Source of the DNA: an uncultured Verrucomicrobiae bacterium
GTDB taxonomy: Bacteria > Verrucomicrobiota > Verrucomicrobiia > Chthoniobacterales > UBA10450
Reading direction: 5' to 3'
NCBI GenBank assembly: GCA_963815455.1
Contig: CAWFGO010000002.1
Span: forward strand, 32,001 to 96,000
Length of the DNA: 64,000 nt
Shown: one piece after another, positions 61,640-64,000 of the stretch
Position numbering within the stretch: the first letter of the stretch is position 1
Layout: each line of letters opens with the position of its first letter
Translations under genes and position numbers: made by a program
Notes under the pieces: generated by a model
What the model saw: only the letters and a program-made list of their open reading frames with translations
Databases searched by the model: none
Told to the model about the DNA's origin: nothing

Positions 61640-62560
61640 TTACCGAATCCGTGTGCTGCTGGTGGGTTCTTCCTTGCCCCGGGTCACCAGGCGCCACACG
61701 ACCGCGCCGATAATCAAGACGGCAAACGCGATCAGGAGGTAGATCAGGAAGTGGCTCTCCGCCGGCGGCGGCGCAGGGGTGGGTGGCGGCGCGTTTTTCG
61801 CCGCCAGCCTCGAGCGATAGTATTGCAGCCGCTGGATGGTTTCATAATCGTCCGGCTTGATCTTTAAGGCCGCCTCAGAATCAGCGATGGCCTTCTCATA
61901 TTGCTCCATCAAACTATAAGTGTAACCGCGCTTGGCGAAGGTATCCCCGTCATTGGGATTTTTCTCCAGGATAAATGTGTAATCGGCAATGGCGGCATCG
62001 AAATTTTTCAGGCCGCGATAGGCGAACGCTCGCCGGTCGTAATTCTGCATGTCGTTCGGATCCTTCGCGATCGCCGTGGTGAAGTCCGCGGCCGCCTTGT
62101 CCCATTGGGTCAGCCCGATCTCGGCGAACCCGCGGTATTTATAGGCCAGGGCATCATCGGGCTTTAGCTCGATGGCCTTGTTGAAATCCGGCAGGGCGAG
62201 GTCGTACATCCGTTGCATCGCCTGGGTGTTGCCGCGTTCGCGATAGGCAATCTCGTCCTTCGGAGCCAGTTCGATCGCTTTCGAGAAATCGGCCACCGCT
62301 TCAGCGAGCCGGCCGCTTGCCCGATAAGCCGTAGCCCGGTTGGTGTAACCAAGTGGGTCCTGCCCATTGGCTTGGATGTATTTGGTGAATTCGGCAATGG
62401 CCGCGTCGTATTGTTTCTCCCGCGCAAGCTCGATTCCGCGCTCGATATGCCCTCCTCCGCCACCACCGCTCCTCTTTCTGGCGAGCCCCGTCTCGACGAG
62501 CCCAAACAAAATGAGTGACACTGCCGCCAACGTGACTGTCTGCTTGTTCAAGATATTCAT
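61640..62560 (-). CDS. TPR protein with signal peptide and C-terminal TM helix
   Basis: Repeated AY..RG...A.ADF.KAIEL.P. Confidence 0.9.
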   Translation of the reverse strand: MNILNKQTVTLAAVSLILFGLVETGLARKRSGGGGGGHIERGIELAREKQYDAAIAEFTKYIQANGQDPLGYTNRATAYRASGRLAEAVADFSKAIELAPKDEIAYRERGNTQAMQRMYDLALPDFNKAIELKPDDALAYKYRGFAEIGLTQWDKAAADFTTAIAKDPNDMQNYDRRAFAYRGLKNFDAAIADYTFILEKNPNDGDTFAKRGYTYSLMEQYEKAIADSEAALKIKPDDYETIQRLQYYRSRLAAKNAPPPTPAPPPAESHFLIYLLIAFAVLIIGAVVWRLVTRGKEEPTSSTRIR

Positions 62561-62636
62561 TTCTCCTCCGAGATTACTTTTTGCGCGATTAATCGTCTGT
62601 AGGCGAGCAAATTAAACAGCCAAAGTCACCACAAAT

Positions 62637-63639
62637 ATGCAACAGCCGCATCACCCGCCGAGAATTGTCGATCTTCCGCCCGGGCGGAACCTCTCCAAAG
62701 GCTACGCCGCGGTATTCGCCACGGTGGTCATCTGGTCGATGCCGTCGCTCTTCATGTTCTACCTCAATCGCTATTACGATCCCTGGGCTCAAAATTTCTA
62801 TCGTTATTCCGTCGCTTGCATCGCCATTCTGCCTTTGATGCTCTATCGCATTTATCGCGGCGGACCGCGGATCGACAGGCGCGCCATCGGCCTTTGCCTC
62901 ATTCCTTGTCTCCCCAATGTCGTTCATCAAGTCACCCAGGTAATGGCGCTCTTCTACATGGGCCCCGGCGTGTATGCGATTTTCGCCCGCTCATCAGTGA
63001 TCTTCACCGCCCTGCTCGTGCTCGCATTTTTTCCGGAGGAACGTCACGTGATTCGGCAATGGCAATTTCAAGCCGGCACAATTCTCGGATTGATCGGGGC
63101 GTTCGGCGTGATTTGGTTCCAAGCCGGCGCGCTCACCACGGCGAGTCCGTCCCCTGGCGGACACGACCGGCATATCGCGCTGCCGGGATTGTTCATCGCT
63201 TTCACAGCGACATTCTGCTGGGCGCTATACGGGGTCCTGGTCAAACGCCCGTCGGCCCAGCTCGGGTTCCATTCGCAGTTTCGGCTTGATCAGCTTTATC
63301 ACTTCGGCGCTGCTTTTGCCGCTCACCGCGATCTTTGGCCGGATCAACACCCCATTGCATGCCGGCGGCCATGTGAATTTGATTCTGATCATCTCGGCCG
63401 TGACCTGCATCACTCTCGCCCATGTTCTCTATTACGTGGCCATCCAGCAGATCGGTGTCGCGCTCGCCCAGACCCTTCAACTTCTTTGCCCGGCCGGCGC
63501 CATGGCCCTCTCGTTTTGGATCTTCGGCGAGCACCTTACTCAAGCACAGCTGTGGAGCGCTGCCATCCTCCTCCTCGGCGCATTCCTCGCCATGCGCACG
63601 AAACCGATCTCAACAACCGAAACGGCCGAGAATATTTGA
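62637..63639 (+). CDS. DMT/EamA family transporter; +1 frameshift at ~63265
   Basis: Two EamA-like halves across ORFs 62637.. and 63286..63639; removing one G of GGG restores LGSIRSFGLISF; ends IFGEHL. Confidence 0.8.
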
Positions 63640-63703
63640 GGTAGGGACGCACCTCCGGGGCGTCCGTCGAATTTCTCGGCGCGCTCGGAGAGCGCTCCCT
63701 ACC
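63640..63703. repeat. REP doublet GGTAGGG...CCCTACC between convergent genes
   Basis: ggtagggacgcacctccggggcgtccg ... cggcgcgctcggagagcgctccctacc; supplies the TAG stop of the minus-strand gene. Confidence 0.75.
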
Positions 63704-64000
63704 CTTTCTTTAACGCCATCACCTTGCGAACGAGTTCGATAAATCCGGCACGATATCCATTCGCGTCGCTGCCTTTTCCTTCCTGGGCCCATTCCAGGAC
63801 CGCGCCGAGTGTTCCGTTTCCCTTGTATTCGGAGTCGCGAAGGATCATTCCGAATTCGGCGACCGCGCCCGCGAATTTCAAGTCTTGCGGCGCGCGCGAG
63901 AAATCGGTCCCGCTATCTACCAGCGCGTGCTCTATCAGCTCGCTCTTGTCACCATCCGGCTTTTTGAAACGCAGCTTCACTGTGAGCATTTCGGCTGTAG
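63699..64000 (-). CDS. C-terminus of a YfbK-like (vWA / DUF3520) protein, partial
   Basis: LTVKLRFKKPDG.KS, FAGAVAEFGMILRDSEYKG, GYRAGFIELV. Confidence 0.85.
   Translation of the reverse strand, partial: TAEMLTVKLRFKKPDGDKSELIEHALVDSGTDFSRAPQDLKFAGAVAEFGMILRDSEYKGNGTLGAVLEWAQEGKGSDANGYRAGFIELVRKVMALKKG

Overview
Bacterial DNA, most likely from a soil Verrucomicrobiota genome (Spartobacteria/Chthoniobacterales-like). This is inferred from the RpoB/RpoZ/EF-Ts style and the abundance of dockerin-tailed secreted proteins, Omp25-like barrels and cyclase-TPR proteins. The minus strand carries the core cluster tRNA-Thr, tuf, tRNA-Trp, secE, nusG, rplK // rplA, rplJ, rplL, rpoB, rpoC, followed by a cobalamin adenosyltransferase, an OMP, rpsB, tsf and ligD. 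rplK and rplA are separated by about 22 kb of accessory genes. The most unusual feature lies inside that block: a tandem array of six paralogous secreted-protein genes (40053-44850). They are joined by a near-identical DNA junction, share an MKTK leader and a Lys/His/Asp-rich ...QGND tail, and carry shuffled variable cores. The array lies divergent from an ECF sigma factor / Ser-Thr kinase pair. Other observations: a TA module bracketed by a duplicated rplK 3' end, a second TA module between 44-bp direct repeats, two deletion-fusion chimeras, a REP doublet inserted in frame inside ligD, and four proteins sharing a dockerin-like C-terminal module. Several single-base homopolymer frameshifts suggest long-read assembly errors. 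All family calls come from motif recognition by eye; no database searches were run.
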